From Alphaproteobacteria bacterium (GTDB lineage Bacteria; Pseudomonadota; Alphaproteobacteria; Micavibrionales; UBA2020), in NCBI GenBank assembly GCA_027483355.1, contig JAIXUW010000292.1:222226-286225 (forward strand): a DNA stretch of 64,000 nucleotides, in the 5' to 3' direction. Both the position numbers and the translations under genes were made by a program. The notes below the pieces were generated by a model. That model saw only the letters and a list, made by a program, of their open reading frames with translations. It was not told where the DNA came from and did no database searches. Below, in pieces: positions 47,454 through 55,294 of this stretch. Every line of letters begins with the position of its first letter. Positions within the stretch are counted from its first letter, which is position 1.

Positions 47454-47530
47454 GACGGCTTAGCTCAGGTGGGATAGTGCTTCATCACGCGCGTATGGGG
47501 AGGTCGCTGGTTCGACCCCAGCAGCTGTCG
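47454..47530 (+). tRNA. tRNA-like gene with abnormal 11-nt anticodon loop (isotype undetermined)
   Basis: Manual fold:
- acceptor gacggct/agctgtc (one G-U)
- U8-A9
- D arm gctc-aggtggga-tagt (3 bp)
- anticodon stem cttca/tgggg (5 bp, two G-U)
- loop tcacgcgcgta (11 nt, contains the palindrome ACGCGCGT)
- variable region aggtc
- perfect T arm gctgg-ttcgacc-ccagc
It starts 5 nt after tRNA-His and is followed by a T5 run. Confidence 0.5.
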
Positions 47531-47535
47531 TGGTC

Positions 47536-47540
47536 TTTTT
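47536..47540 (+). terminator. T5 run, candidate RNA polymerase III terminator for the tRNA pair
   Basis: TTTTT lies 6 nt after the tRNA-like gene, and there is no T-run between the two tRNAs. Confidence 0.4.
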
Positions 47541-47571
47541 ATCCTTTTCCCCCTTTGTTTGTTTATTACAG

Positions 47572-48324
47572 TCAATGTACAATCTCTTGTGTACGTGTGT
47601 CACGCACGCGCGCGCATTTTTTAAGAGCCGCGATAAACAGAATAGGATCGTCCGAATGTTGCATTTGAGTTTTCACAAAATCAACGTTTGAAACTACTTT
47701 TACAAAGCACGAATCTGTGAACTTGCCGCTCGCTTTGAAGGTTTTTCTCAGCAGCTCGGTGTGCTCCGGACGCCATGTATCGACCGAAAAGGCGGGTATG
47801 CCCATCGACAGACGACCTTCGATAGTGACAGGCCAAAACCGCCATGTAGATCGCGGATCGCATCTCATCACAATCCATTCGACGGAACTCTCGCATCGAC
47901 ACCGCGGGCGATTCTTTTTTGGGTCAATGTCATTACACGTGTGAAACGGAATCTTGATTTTTCTATCGGCGTTAGGTTGAACAGAAGCGCTAGTTCTACG
48001 AGGAGTAGTTTTACCTCGCTTTGATTCATAACCGCCTCGGCGTATAGCGCACATTGTGCAATATCCTCCGTTTGATTCCAAGTGAATAACAGGGAAGTAA
48101 ACATAGTTTTGACAGAGTTTGCACATTGCCACGGGCTCAGCAGGCATTTCAGTAACTGGGTCCTTTTGTACCATTGCGTGGCACGAATGTCGTGGATTGG
48201 TTTGATCGTAAGGCGGATCTACTCTTGACATTTGGTTTACTTTGCTGTTTTGTGTTTTAAACGACTGACATACCGCATGGACCACAGATGTCAAAAAAAC
48301 ACGATTTGTGTACGGGGAGGTCAT
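47572..48324 (-). CDS. hypothetical Cys-rich (zinc-ribbon-like) protein
   Basis: 250-aa ATG ORF, with an alternative ATG at 48231 (MSRVDPPYDQ). CKLCQNYVYFPVIHLESNGGYCTMC (CxxC...CxxC) and RCRCESSVEWIVMRC. Its first codons overlap the tRNA 3'-half copy at 48314..48346. Confidence 0.55.
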   Translation of the reverse strand: MTSPYTNRVFLTSVVHAVCQSFKTQNSKVNQMSRVDPPYDQTNPRHSCHAMVQKDPVTEMPAEPVAMCKLCQNYVYFPVIHLESNGGYCTMCAIRRGGYESKRGKTTPRRTSASVQPNADRKIKIPFHTCNDIDPKKNRPRCRCESSVEWIVMRCDPRSTWRFWPVTIEGRLSMGIPAFSVDTWRPEHTELLRKTFKASGKFTDSCFVKVVSNVDFVKTQMQHSDDPILFIAALKKCARVRDTRTQEIVH

Positions 48325-48346
48325 TGGTTCGAGTCCGCAAGCTGTC
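48314..48346 (+). other. orphan copy of a tRNA 3' half (variable region + T arm + 3' acceptor strand)
   Basis: ggggaggtcattggttcgagtccgcaagctgtc versus ggggaggtcgctggttcgaccccagcagctgtc (47497..47529): 26 of 33 identical by manual alignment. The B-box GGTTCGAGTCC is kept but T-stem pairing is lost, and no matching 5' half lies upstream. Confidence 0.55.
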
Positions 48347-48435
48347 TTTGCATTTCCGAACGTTGTTTATTTGTCGTTCATCACTCGCAACACGCATTTA
48401 CATTTTTTTCTATTGTTTTGAAAACAAGCGTTAGA

Positions 48436-48795
48436 ATGGACACTCTACTATGGAACTACGTCTGCCGATGGCAGAACGAGAGTTTGTCCGGAAACACAAC
48501 AGAAACGCTCAAGTTCAAGCACAAGAACCGCAAGGGCACTGTTCAACTGAAATGGTGGAAACAGAGAAGTATGCTCATTATCAAAGCCGTGGAAATGGAC
48601 ACGGGAGTGTCCCACACCAAGGGCGAGTTCACACAGGCTTGCCGCGATGTTTTACTCTCTCATAGCGACGTGATTAAATGCGTCAGAATGGAGTCTGTCT
48701 CATCGGGCGGATACGCTGAATATTTGAAGGCACAAGGATGGACCGTGGCCGGGCCTTTTTACACAGGAATGAACGCCGATTTATGTGTACAATAA
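48436..48795 (+). CDS. hypothetical protein (119 aa)
   Basis: ORF 48232..48795; first plausible ATG at 48436 (MDTLLWNYVCRWQNESL...), downstream of the divergent gene start. No motif recognised. Confidence 0.5.
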   Translation: MDTLLWNYVCRWQNESLSGNTTETLKFKHKNRKGTVQLKWWKQRSMLIIKAVEMDTGVSHTKGEFTQACRDVLLSHSDVIKCVRMESVSSGGYAEYLKAQGWTVAGPFYTGMNADLCVQ

Positions 48796-48806
48796 TACAG
48801 AAAAGA

Positions 48807-48983
48807 TCAATGAGTGACCTCCAATACGGCCATGCGATCATACAAATTGCGGATTCGATAATCGATTAGCTTGCGTTCGGCGTCGCTCGACGTTCTGGAC
48901 TTTTTTTGTTCAAGCGCTCTCACTTCTCTCTGCAGTTGTTCAATCATTCTTCCTTGCCAATTGTCGCTACTGGGAGAAGACAT
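48807..48983 (-). CDS. possible small coiled-coil protein (58 aa, below the ORF-track cutoff)
   Basis: My translation is MSSPSSDNWQGRMIEQLQREVRALEQKKSRTSSDAERKLIDYRIRNLYDRMAVLEVTH*. It fills an otherwise empty spacer and converges on 48436..48795. Confidence 0.35.
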   Translation of the reverse strand: MSSPSSDNWQGRMIEQLQREVRALEQKKSRTSSDAERKLIDYRIRNLYDRMAVLEVTH

Positions 48984-49163
48984 TTTTGTTCTATAAAGTC
49001 AATCTTGCGATTTTTTGCACTGGCAAACCACGAAGAGCACAGTTCAAGTGAAAAAAACTTTCCTTTTGGGGGTGCTTTGTGAACGCGCGAGCTCTGCGGC
49101 CGAAAATCGGAGTTTCCATGTGCTGGCCGATTATTTTTAGAATTGATTCACATAAATACGCGA

Positions 49164-49294
49164 AATAACGCAACGTAACGCAGCGCGACGCAACGCGGCG
49201 CACCAGCGCGCAAAGGACCGCAGCGCAGCGCAACGCAACGCGACGCACCGCAACCCACCGCAGCGCAGCGCGACGCACCGCAGCGCAACGCAGC
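49164..49294. repeat. degenerate pentanucleotide array (CGCAR/CGCGA/CGCAC)n, about 26 units
   Basis: cgcaa cgtaa cgcag cgcga cgcaa cgcgg cgcac ... cgcag cgcaa cgcag, with strict 5-nt phasing visible across thirteen 10-nt blocks. It lies in the divergent spacer between 48983(-) and 49394(+). It creates three spurious overlapping minus-strand ORFs (AALRC-type). Confidence 0.85.
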
Positions 49295-49393
49295 TCTTGA
49301 AATTCCCTTGCCGTTTATATTTAACAAACAATAAATCCATAATAATACGACAAATACATTCTCAATATTAAGTCTAAAACGTTTCTGCAAAAT

Positions 49394-50062
49394 ATGGATT
49401 TAGAAGAGAGCAAACCACGAAAGAAAAGACCGCTGCCGTATATTGCATCGGGTACTTTTGACCTTTTGGACAATATATTCGAACCAAATCCAAATCTCAA
49501 AAATACATCTAAGCGCGCAAAACATAACCCTGCAACGGCTGTGACGCTCAGTGTCCCAACTCGCTCGACCGTGATACATCGATTCGGAAAGGCAAAAGCG
49601 GTCGCATTCGTCAAATCTGATATTTTGGGGTTCTCCGAACAAGACATTCAACTATCTTTGCATTGGGCGGAGTCGGACACGACGGAGCTCGGAAAATGGT
49701 ACACAGGTTTATCTGCTGCCAACTTTGCGCCCAAAAGTTTGGAAATGACTTCCAACACCAACGAAATGGAGATATATTACACTATCCCCAAATCGTATGA
49801 ACCCAGAGTGGCACAGGAAGTCCGGCAAAATCTATTAGTGCCCGGAACCAAGGTAACCGCGTTTTTAAAAGCGAATCAACAAGAATTTTCATTTGTGATA
49901 TCTCGTTTGCAACAATCGACCGCGCAACGGCAGCACAGCGGAGTTATGTTTATACTCGCCGCGGAATCTTCCGGAAACGTGTCCGCCCAGCCCGCCAACT
50001 TCTTTAAAAAGCCGGCACCCAGACGTGAAATACGTAAAAATGCGTTTGGAATCCATTTATAA
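49394..50062 (+). CDS. hypothetical protein with N-terminal NLS-like SKPRKKRP
   Basis: 222-aa ATG ORF (MDLEESKPRKKRPLPY...). No other motif recognised. Confidence 0.6.
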   Translation: MDLEESKPRKKRPLPYIASGTFDLLDNIFEPNPNLKNTSKRAKHNPATAVTLSVPTRSTVIHRFGKAKAVAFVKSDILGFSEQDIQLSLHWAESDTTELGKWYTGLSAANFAPKSLEMTSNTNEMEIYYTIPKSYEPRVAQEVRQNLLVPGTKVTAFLKANQQEFSFVISRLQQSTAQRQHSGVMFILAAESSGNVSAQPANFFKKPAPRREIRKNAFGIHL

Positions 50063-50178
50063 ATGTACAATTGAAATGTAAAATTTTGCTTTTTATGTGT
50101 GACTCTTTCCCAAAAAGGAAGGTGCGACGTCGGCGTTACTTTTATATGTCGTCTTTGACTCCTACTATACATTATATA

Positions 50179-50919
50179 CTACAAATTCACCGTTTCAAGT
50201 CCGTTCCGTGTAGTCGAACCGTTGTCGGGAACAAACCACGTTAGCGGAGCTGAAGAATTTCTGCGAGGGCTGCGTGGTGGCGATCGCGGCCGTCTTCCTT
50301 CAATTTCCATTTTATTCCAAGCCATGTTATCGAGATAAATTCGAAAATGCAAGCCGATCTTTTCCGCTGAAACTCCGGACGAGTTTAAAAGTCGCAGCGC
50401 CTGCGACAGACTGTGATTTCTGTACTTGACCAAAAAATATACAATGTTGGACACTGATCGCGACATTCCTTCTCTGCAGTGTATCAAAACAGTGTATTTT
50501 TCCCGCAAAAGCCGGTCGATTGTACTGGCCGACGTTTTGAACTTTTCTTTGTTGAATTCAAAGTCGTCCTCTATGTTGTAATCATGTAGCGCTAATTCTC
50601 TGCCAGTCTCTTTTACTGGGTCGGCCAATGAAATAATATGGGTAATTCCAAGCTCGCTAAATGTTTTAAGAGCTTCTTCAGAAGCAATAGTTGCATTGGA
50701 CAAATACAAACGACCTTGGTTTGGTTCGTCAAGCAAGATCTCAGTAGGCTTTTCAAATCCAGTAAACGGAAGTGGTTCAAACGCAATGTATTGAACTTGC
50801 GGCGTTACTTTGCGCTTTTTTGTAGGCGATTCGTAGCCAGAGTTCGATTCGTAATCGTCCTCCATTGCGATTAGCCTCGCTTCTTTTGTGTGGTTTCCTG
50901 TAAATGCAATCATTCGCAT
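50179..50919 (-). CDS. dual-specificity (Cys-based) protein phosphatase
   Basis: ORF 50179..50922 starts on GTG; ATG at 50919, with an alternative MEDDYES at 50865. Active-site loop VLIHCREGMSRSVSNIVYFLV (HCxxGxxRS). An upstream D in IEDDFEF is a possible general acid. PTKKRKV NLS-like motif. Confidence 0.8.
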   Translation of the reverse strand: MRMIAFTGNHTKEARLIAMEDDYESNSGYESPTKKRKVTPQVQYIAFEPLPFTGFEKPTEILLDEPNQGRLYLSNATIASEEALKTFSELGITHIISLADPVKETGRELALHDYNIEDDFEFNKEKFKTSASTIDRLLREKYTVLIHCREGMSRSVSNIVYFLVKYRNHSLSQALRLLNSSGVSAEKIGLHFRIYLDNMAWNKMEIEGRRPRSPPRSPRRNSSAPLTWFVPDNGSTTRNGLETVNL

Positions 50920-51012
50920 CACATGTGATTATTTATTTGTATACTCCGAAAGCTAAAAAAAAAGAAGGCGAGAGTCAAGTCCGACCCGGGACCGCGTTCT
51001 ATTTTTAGCTCG

Positions 51013-51032
51013 CCACCTACTCAGGTAGGTGG
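51013..51032. repeat. perfect 8-bp stem / 4-nt loop hairpin (ccacctac tcag gtaggtgg)
   Basis: Read directly from the sequence. It abuts the iteron array. The half-site CCACCTACT recurs at 52312..52320. Confidence 0.7.
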
Positions 51033-51080
51033 ACTCGGCCTCGACTCTGGCTCGACTCGGGTTCGACTCTGGGGCGACTC
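51031..51080. promoter_or_regulatory. five iterons containing (C/G)GACTC at exact 11-bp spacing
   Basis: GACTC occurs at 51032, 51043, 51054, 51065 and 51076 (ggactcggcct cgactctggct cgactcgggtt cgactctgggg cgactc). One copy per helical turn, in an ORF-poor region. Confidence 0.55.
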
Positions 51081-51115
51081 GCTCTCGCGCGTATTTTTTG
51101 TTCTATCATGTAAAA

Positions 51116-51418
51116 ATGTGTTTGATAAACCATATACATAGCAAATATATACACGTCCGGGCGCGTAAAATTTGCTGTGGGGAGAAAAGTCGGGAGCGTC
51201 GCAACGACCTCGTTGCGATCGTAAAAACTTTTTGCCCGCAGGCGATTCGCAGTTTTATAGAGACATGTCTTAAATCATGCGCGCAAATTAGGTGCACAGA
51301 TATAATAACAAATACCGCGGGTTGGATGCAAAGGACCGTAAGCACAATGCGTTTTGTGCGGCAGACTTTGAATTACTCAGCTTCTTCACGCCGCGTGATT
51401 TTACCACATGTTTATTAG
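51116..51418 (+). CDS. possible small Cys-rich protein (100 aa), best-preserved member of a locally triplicated decayed family
   Basis: MCLINHIHSKY...RRNDLVAIVKTFCPQA. Related truncated copies start at 51704 (MNLIGGINDRGKCNDP...) and 52058 (MCLGKIDCDWAKTNPNEVVAIGKTFRA*). Confidence 0.25.
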   Translation: MCLINHIHSKYIHVRARKICCGEKSRERRNDLVAIVKTFCPQAIRSFIETCLKSCAQIRCTDIITNTAGWMQRTVSTMRFVRQTLNYSASSRRVILPHVY

Positions 51419-52417
51419 CACAATATATAAGAATACACGTTTGAAATACAAACTCGCTGGTTTTATTCAAATCCGCGCTATACAATCTTGGTGCTAGCAT
51501 GCAAAAGCGTCGTTCGGCGCTATACCATTTTTTTGATCCGCGCAAAAATTCATATACACTTTCACATATCTAGTTAGGAATTTACAAATCAATCAGAGGT
51601 CTTAAATACGGCGAGATGCACGGATAATTCTACACGCGACCAAATGCATCGGCAAATGATATTATACTCAATTCCGTCCATAACTTTCATGTTGAAAATC
51701 AAAATGAATTTGATTGGCGGGATAAACGATAGAGGCAAGTGCAACGACCCAACAAGCGGTCTCACGATGACTGGAAACTTTTTTGCGGTGGGACCCGTCC
51801 GGGTGTACCCTCCCGGGCGAAAAAGTACGAACGTCGTTAGGACGTTGCGGGTTCCTCTATCGTTTTTCTTTCAGGACAAATTCTCAGAACATCTGATTTT
51901 GTATACTGTTGACTAATCTGAATATAATTGCATCCGCCAACGCATTGTATCGGTGCCAGGTCGATTTCATGCGACTTTGGGGTCGAATCTACGCCGGGCG
52001 ATTTAAGAACCGAAACCATTTTTTTAGTCATATTCATATTGTATAGATCAATAAAAAATGTGTTTGGGGAAAATCGATTGCGATTGGGCCAAAACTAACC
52101 CAAACGAGGTCGTTGCGATTGGGAAAACTTTTCGGGCCTAGGCAACGTCACACATTTCCGGGGATAATTTCTTTTACTACATAAAAATACATGTAACAGT
52201 ATACAATTGGTTGGAGCAAAAATGTCGGGGCGGAGAGCGCGAACCGAGCGTTTTTGTCCGCGGTCGCCCAGAAAAAAAAACCCAAAAGGCGCGTTAAGGC
52301 GCCGCTCGCCCCCACCTACTAATGTTGCGCGCCTGCGCCGTTCTTCAAGTATCTTAAGTGCAATTTTCACATTTGTATGCGTCCATATATCTTGTGAACC
52401 TCATTTTCATTTGAAGA

Positions 52418-52792
52418 ATGGAGAATCCAATGTCCGCGAGCGAGAAAACGCAACGTTTGCTGGCTGCGCTAGTGCAACAGAACGCGGTTATCCTAAAAGA
52501 GTTTGGAAAAATCGCAGTGACCATGTCACGCATGTGCAAGAAAGTGGATGCTTATATTGCGACAACAGCGACAAAGGAGATGGAGAGGCGTTTTTCCGAC
52601 GCTGCCACCGACGACTGTGCGGTAACTAAGACTCGTGCCAGTGAGCTTGCGCCGCCGCCCATTTCATCCAACATGACACGACAATTGAGTCGGTTGACGG
52701 AACTTGCTAATTATGAAGAAAATTTGGATATTGCGCGCGCGTATGATGCGCAGCCACTCAGTGATCTTGTCTCAAACCTGGGTACGCTCTGA
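52418..52792 (+). CDS. hypothetical protein (124 aa)
   Basis: ATG ORF (MENPMSASEKTQRLLAALVQQNAVILKEF...), predicted helical. No motif recognised. Confidence 0.5.
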   Translation: MENPMSASEKTQRLLAALVQQNAVILKEFGKIAVTMSRMCKKVDAYIATTATKEMERRFSDAATDDCAVTKTRASELAPPPISSNMTRQLSRLTELANYEENLDIARAYDAQPLSDLVSNLGTL

Positions 52793-52835
52793 TATTTTTT
52801 CTGTTTTTACATATAACAATAACTGACTATGTCAA

Positions 52836-54350
52836 ATGACAAATTCAGACGCGTTGTTGAATTCCGTGCCGGGTTTGGGCGCTGCTTCAACTTCTGACAC
52901 TTTTCCGGTAAGTTTGGCGAGTCCCGCGGCAGCTGCTATCGCTGCTGCTGTCGCTGCAATTGAACCTGTCTCGGCTCCTAGTGAATCTGTCGGTCCCGTT
53001 GCACCGAAAAGGCCTATATCCAATCCCAAGAATGTAACATTTGAGATCCCGGCCTCTATATCCTCGGTTTCAAGCGAGAGCGGCCAAGTTCTCACCGCCA
53101 AACCGCCTAAGAAGTCGAACGGCGGACGTCCCAGAAAACGCAAGGAGATGACTCCGTCGTCTCCGTCTTCAGGCTCTTCCACTTCATTTATCGTTGCCGC
53201 CGAATCGGCCAAACGCCGTAAAATGACGCCCTCTTCGACGCGTACTCCAACAATACCCATGTGGGGTTCTGGAATCAGCAAACGAAAGAGGGTCTACTTT
53301 TTCGGAAGTTCGCCCACTGACACTTGCCAAATTTCTGATGTCAGATCCGACCCCGATAGTTTTTTCATTGGCGACGAATCCTGCCGCATATACGCTGCCA
53401 GCATGCAGACGATTTATCAGTCAGTGCTGTGTCTTGACGCCATTCAACAGCGCAAGGAGATTAGCGTTTGCAAGTCTGTCGGCGACGCGAATAAGAAAGC
53501 GTGGACGTCGTCTGGATCTGGAAGCATCAAAGAGTTTTTGGCTGATTTCAAAATCGGCGAACCTACTGGCAAGGTGACAAAGTTCAACTTTCACAACTGT
53601 GCCGACTGCACCGCTGCGCCTGGAAACGGATCGGCGTTCACGCGGCAAAGCACTGCGTTTTTGGATATCTTTCTGAGCAAATACGCTCCAGAAGCCACCG
53701 CGGATCCAGTTGCAGGAGATAAGCGTCGCAAGATTTACTTGGTAGGCCATGCTTGCTTTCAGCAGGAAAAGAATAAGACGAGAGATCCAGATGGAATCTA
53801 CGTACATTTTAGAATCCTGTACCGCATTCTTCAGTATGGCTACAATTCTTTGAGTATTGATACGCTGATGCGCGGCATTTCCAAAATGGGAGACTACCCT
53901 CCCGTCTGTTACACGTATTGCTCGTGCAAATCGAAACCTGAGGGGTGCAACGCCACGGAATGCGTACCAGGCTTTAGTGAATTGCCAAACATGCAACAAA
54001 TCAACGAATTCAACGACAAATATGCTCAGCATCCTGAAATCGCGCTCGTGCATCCTCAAGAGCATGATTTAGAGCCGCAAGAAAACGTCGACGCGGCAGA
54101 AAACATTTTGATTGAAGAGACAAATTCGGATGCCATGGATACGGCACCGTCCGCCGGCATGGCTGAAAGCTGGCCATCGCCACACGAAGAATTCGAAACC
54201 GCTGGGCAAGTAGAATCGCCAATCAGCGACTTGTATGCGCGCTACGGTATTGACACACATCATATGGCGATGGAAGTCGACCCGATCACTGTATCGGGCT
54301 CGGTTTTGGACAACCGATTCATCTACGATGAGCCAGTACAAGGGTTCTAG
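52836..54350 (+). CDS. hypothetical protein with AT-hook-like GGRPRKRK and Cys-rich C-terminal half
   Basis: 504-aa ATG ORF. Ala/Ser/Pro-rich N-terminus, then KKSNGGRPRKRKEM (GRP core), then a Cys/His-containing region. The antisense ORFs 52832..53281 and 53421..54065 are judged spurious. Confidence 0.65.
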   Translation: MTNSDALLNSVPGLGAASTSDTFPVSLASPAAAAIAAAVAAIEPVSAPSESVGPVAPKRPISNPKNVTFEIPASISSVSSESGQVLTAKPPKKSNGGRPRKRKEMTPSSPSSGSSTSFIVAAESAKRRKMTPSSTRTPTIPMWGSGISKRKRVYFFGSSPTDTCQISDVRSDPDSFFIGDESCRIYAASMQTIYQSVLCLDAIQQRKEISVCKSVGDANKKAWTSSGSGSIKEFLADFKIGEPTGKVTKFNFHNCADCTAAPGNGSAFTRQSTAFLDIFLSKYAPEATADPVAGDKRRKIYLVGHACFQQEKNKTRDPDGIYVHFRILYRILQYGYNSLSIDTLMRGISKMGDYPPVCYTYCSCKSKPEGCNATECVPGFSELPNMQQINEFNDKYAQHPEIALVHPQEHDLEPQENVDAAENILIEETNSDAMDTAPSAGMAESWPSPHEEFETAGQVESPISDLYARYGIDTHHMAMEVDPITVSGSVLDNRFIYDEPVQGF

Positions 54351-54467
54351 GCGGTTTTTTTTGGCGGCGTGTATCATTAGATATAGATATAGATAGAGAA
54401 TATTAAAATTACTTGTGAAAAAGCTTCGAATTTCTCCTCCGTCTCCCGTCTGGCATAGTCGAAAAAA

Positions 54468-55118
54468 ATGTCAGTCTTTTGCGTCTGTTCAAACAGTCAG
54501 TACCTGACGCCCATTCAAGAATTGTACATTGGTCTCGGATCTCAGGCCGGCATTTTCTTGCAAATATTCTACTTGGGCTCGTCGGTGCTTCGCACGGTTC
54601 AAAGCATAGTGAATCAGTCAAGTACTCGCACCACTGTGAACACTGCCGTGACTTGGATATTCTGGGCGGTCGTCTTCCTGCTTCAATGGGTGATAAATTC
54701 CAAACGTCCATTCGGCGAAGAACACGCATTGTCCTGTAGAACGTGTCAAAAGGACAACACGATTATCTGGGAGAGTATCAATGTTTACGGGTTTCCCGAT
54801 GTCTACATGATCACGGGATTCTCTTACGGAGCCTTGGATTTGTACTATACGTGGAAAGAAACAAGATCGCTTCAGTACAAGCACGCAACAGGGCTTGTGA
54901 TTCTTCTGTTCTGGTATTGCTATTCTGAATTCGTAAACGGACGAACTTACATTTATCAATTGCTAGGCAATCTGGGTGTCACTCTATTCCTAGTCCTCGT
55001 ATGCGAGCGTACGATCCAGATCATGCAGTCCATGGCGCCCGAATTGTTCGAGGCCTGGATCTACGTGGCAAGGCACTTTCCCAAATCCAAACGATTTGCT
55101 AATCTCAAAACAGAGTAG
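54468..55118 (+). CDS. multi-pass membrane protein (216 aa)
   Basis: ATG ORF with several hydrophobic segments (AVTWIFWAVVFLLQWVI, GLVILLFWYCYSEF, LGNLGVTLFLVLVC). No catalytic motif recognised. Confidence 0.6.
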   Translation: MSVFCVCSNSQYLTPIQELYIGLGSQAGIFLQIFYLGSSVLRTVQSIVNQSSTRTTVNTAVTWIFWAVVFLLQWVINSKRPFGEEHALSCRTCQKDNTIIWESINVYGFPDVYMITGFSYGALDLYYTWKETRSLQYKHATGLVILLFWYCYSEFVNGRTYIYQLLGNLGVTLFLVLVCERTIQIMQSMAPELFEAWIYVARHFPKSKRFANLKTE

Positions 55119-55294
55119 GTGTGGCGCAAAATTTTTTTTTCAAGAGTGCCGTGTGTAAAATTAAAAATGAAGTTAAAACGAGCACGTTTCGTTGGTCGTG
55201 AAAAAGGGGAGCATCAATTGGATTATACTCTTTCTGTGCGCGCGCGGTTTTTTTTTGTATTAGACCTGCCAAAGTGAGCCAAAAGATATAACGA

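Noticed and set aside
48991-49390. Three overlapping minus-strand ORFs rich in Ala/Leu/Arg/Cys (AALRCVALRC...)
   Set aside because: They are artefacts of the (CGCAR)n pentanucleotide array. A 5-nt period cycles through all three frames without stops.
52832-54065. Minus-strand ORFs of 149 and 214 aa inside 52836..54350
   Set aside because: They are antisense to a longer (504 aa) ATG ORF that has an AT-hook-like motif and sits within a run of plus-strand genes. Their composition is not protein-like.
54468-55118. PAP2/dolichyl-diphosphatase-like assignment for the 216-aa membrane protein (SKRPFG)
   Set aside because: The K-x6-RP, PSGH and SR-x5-H-x3-D motifs are not present in order, so it is left as an uncharacterised membrane protein.
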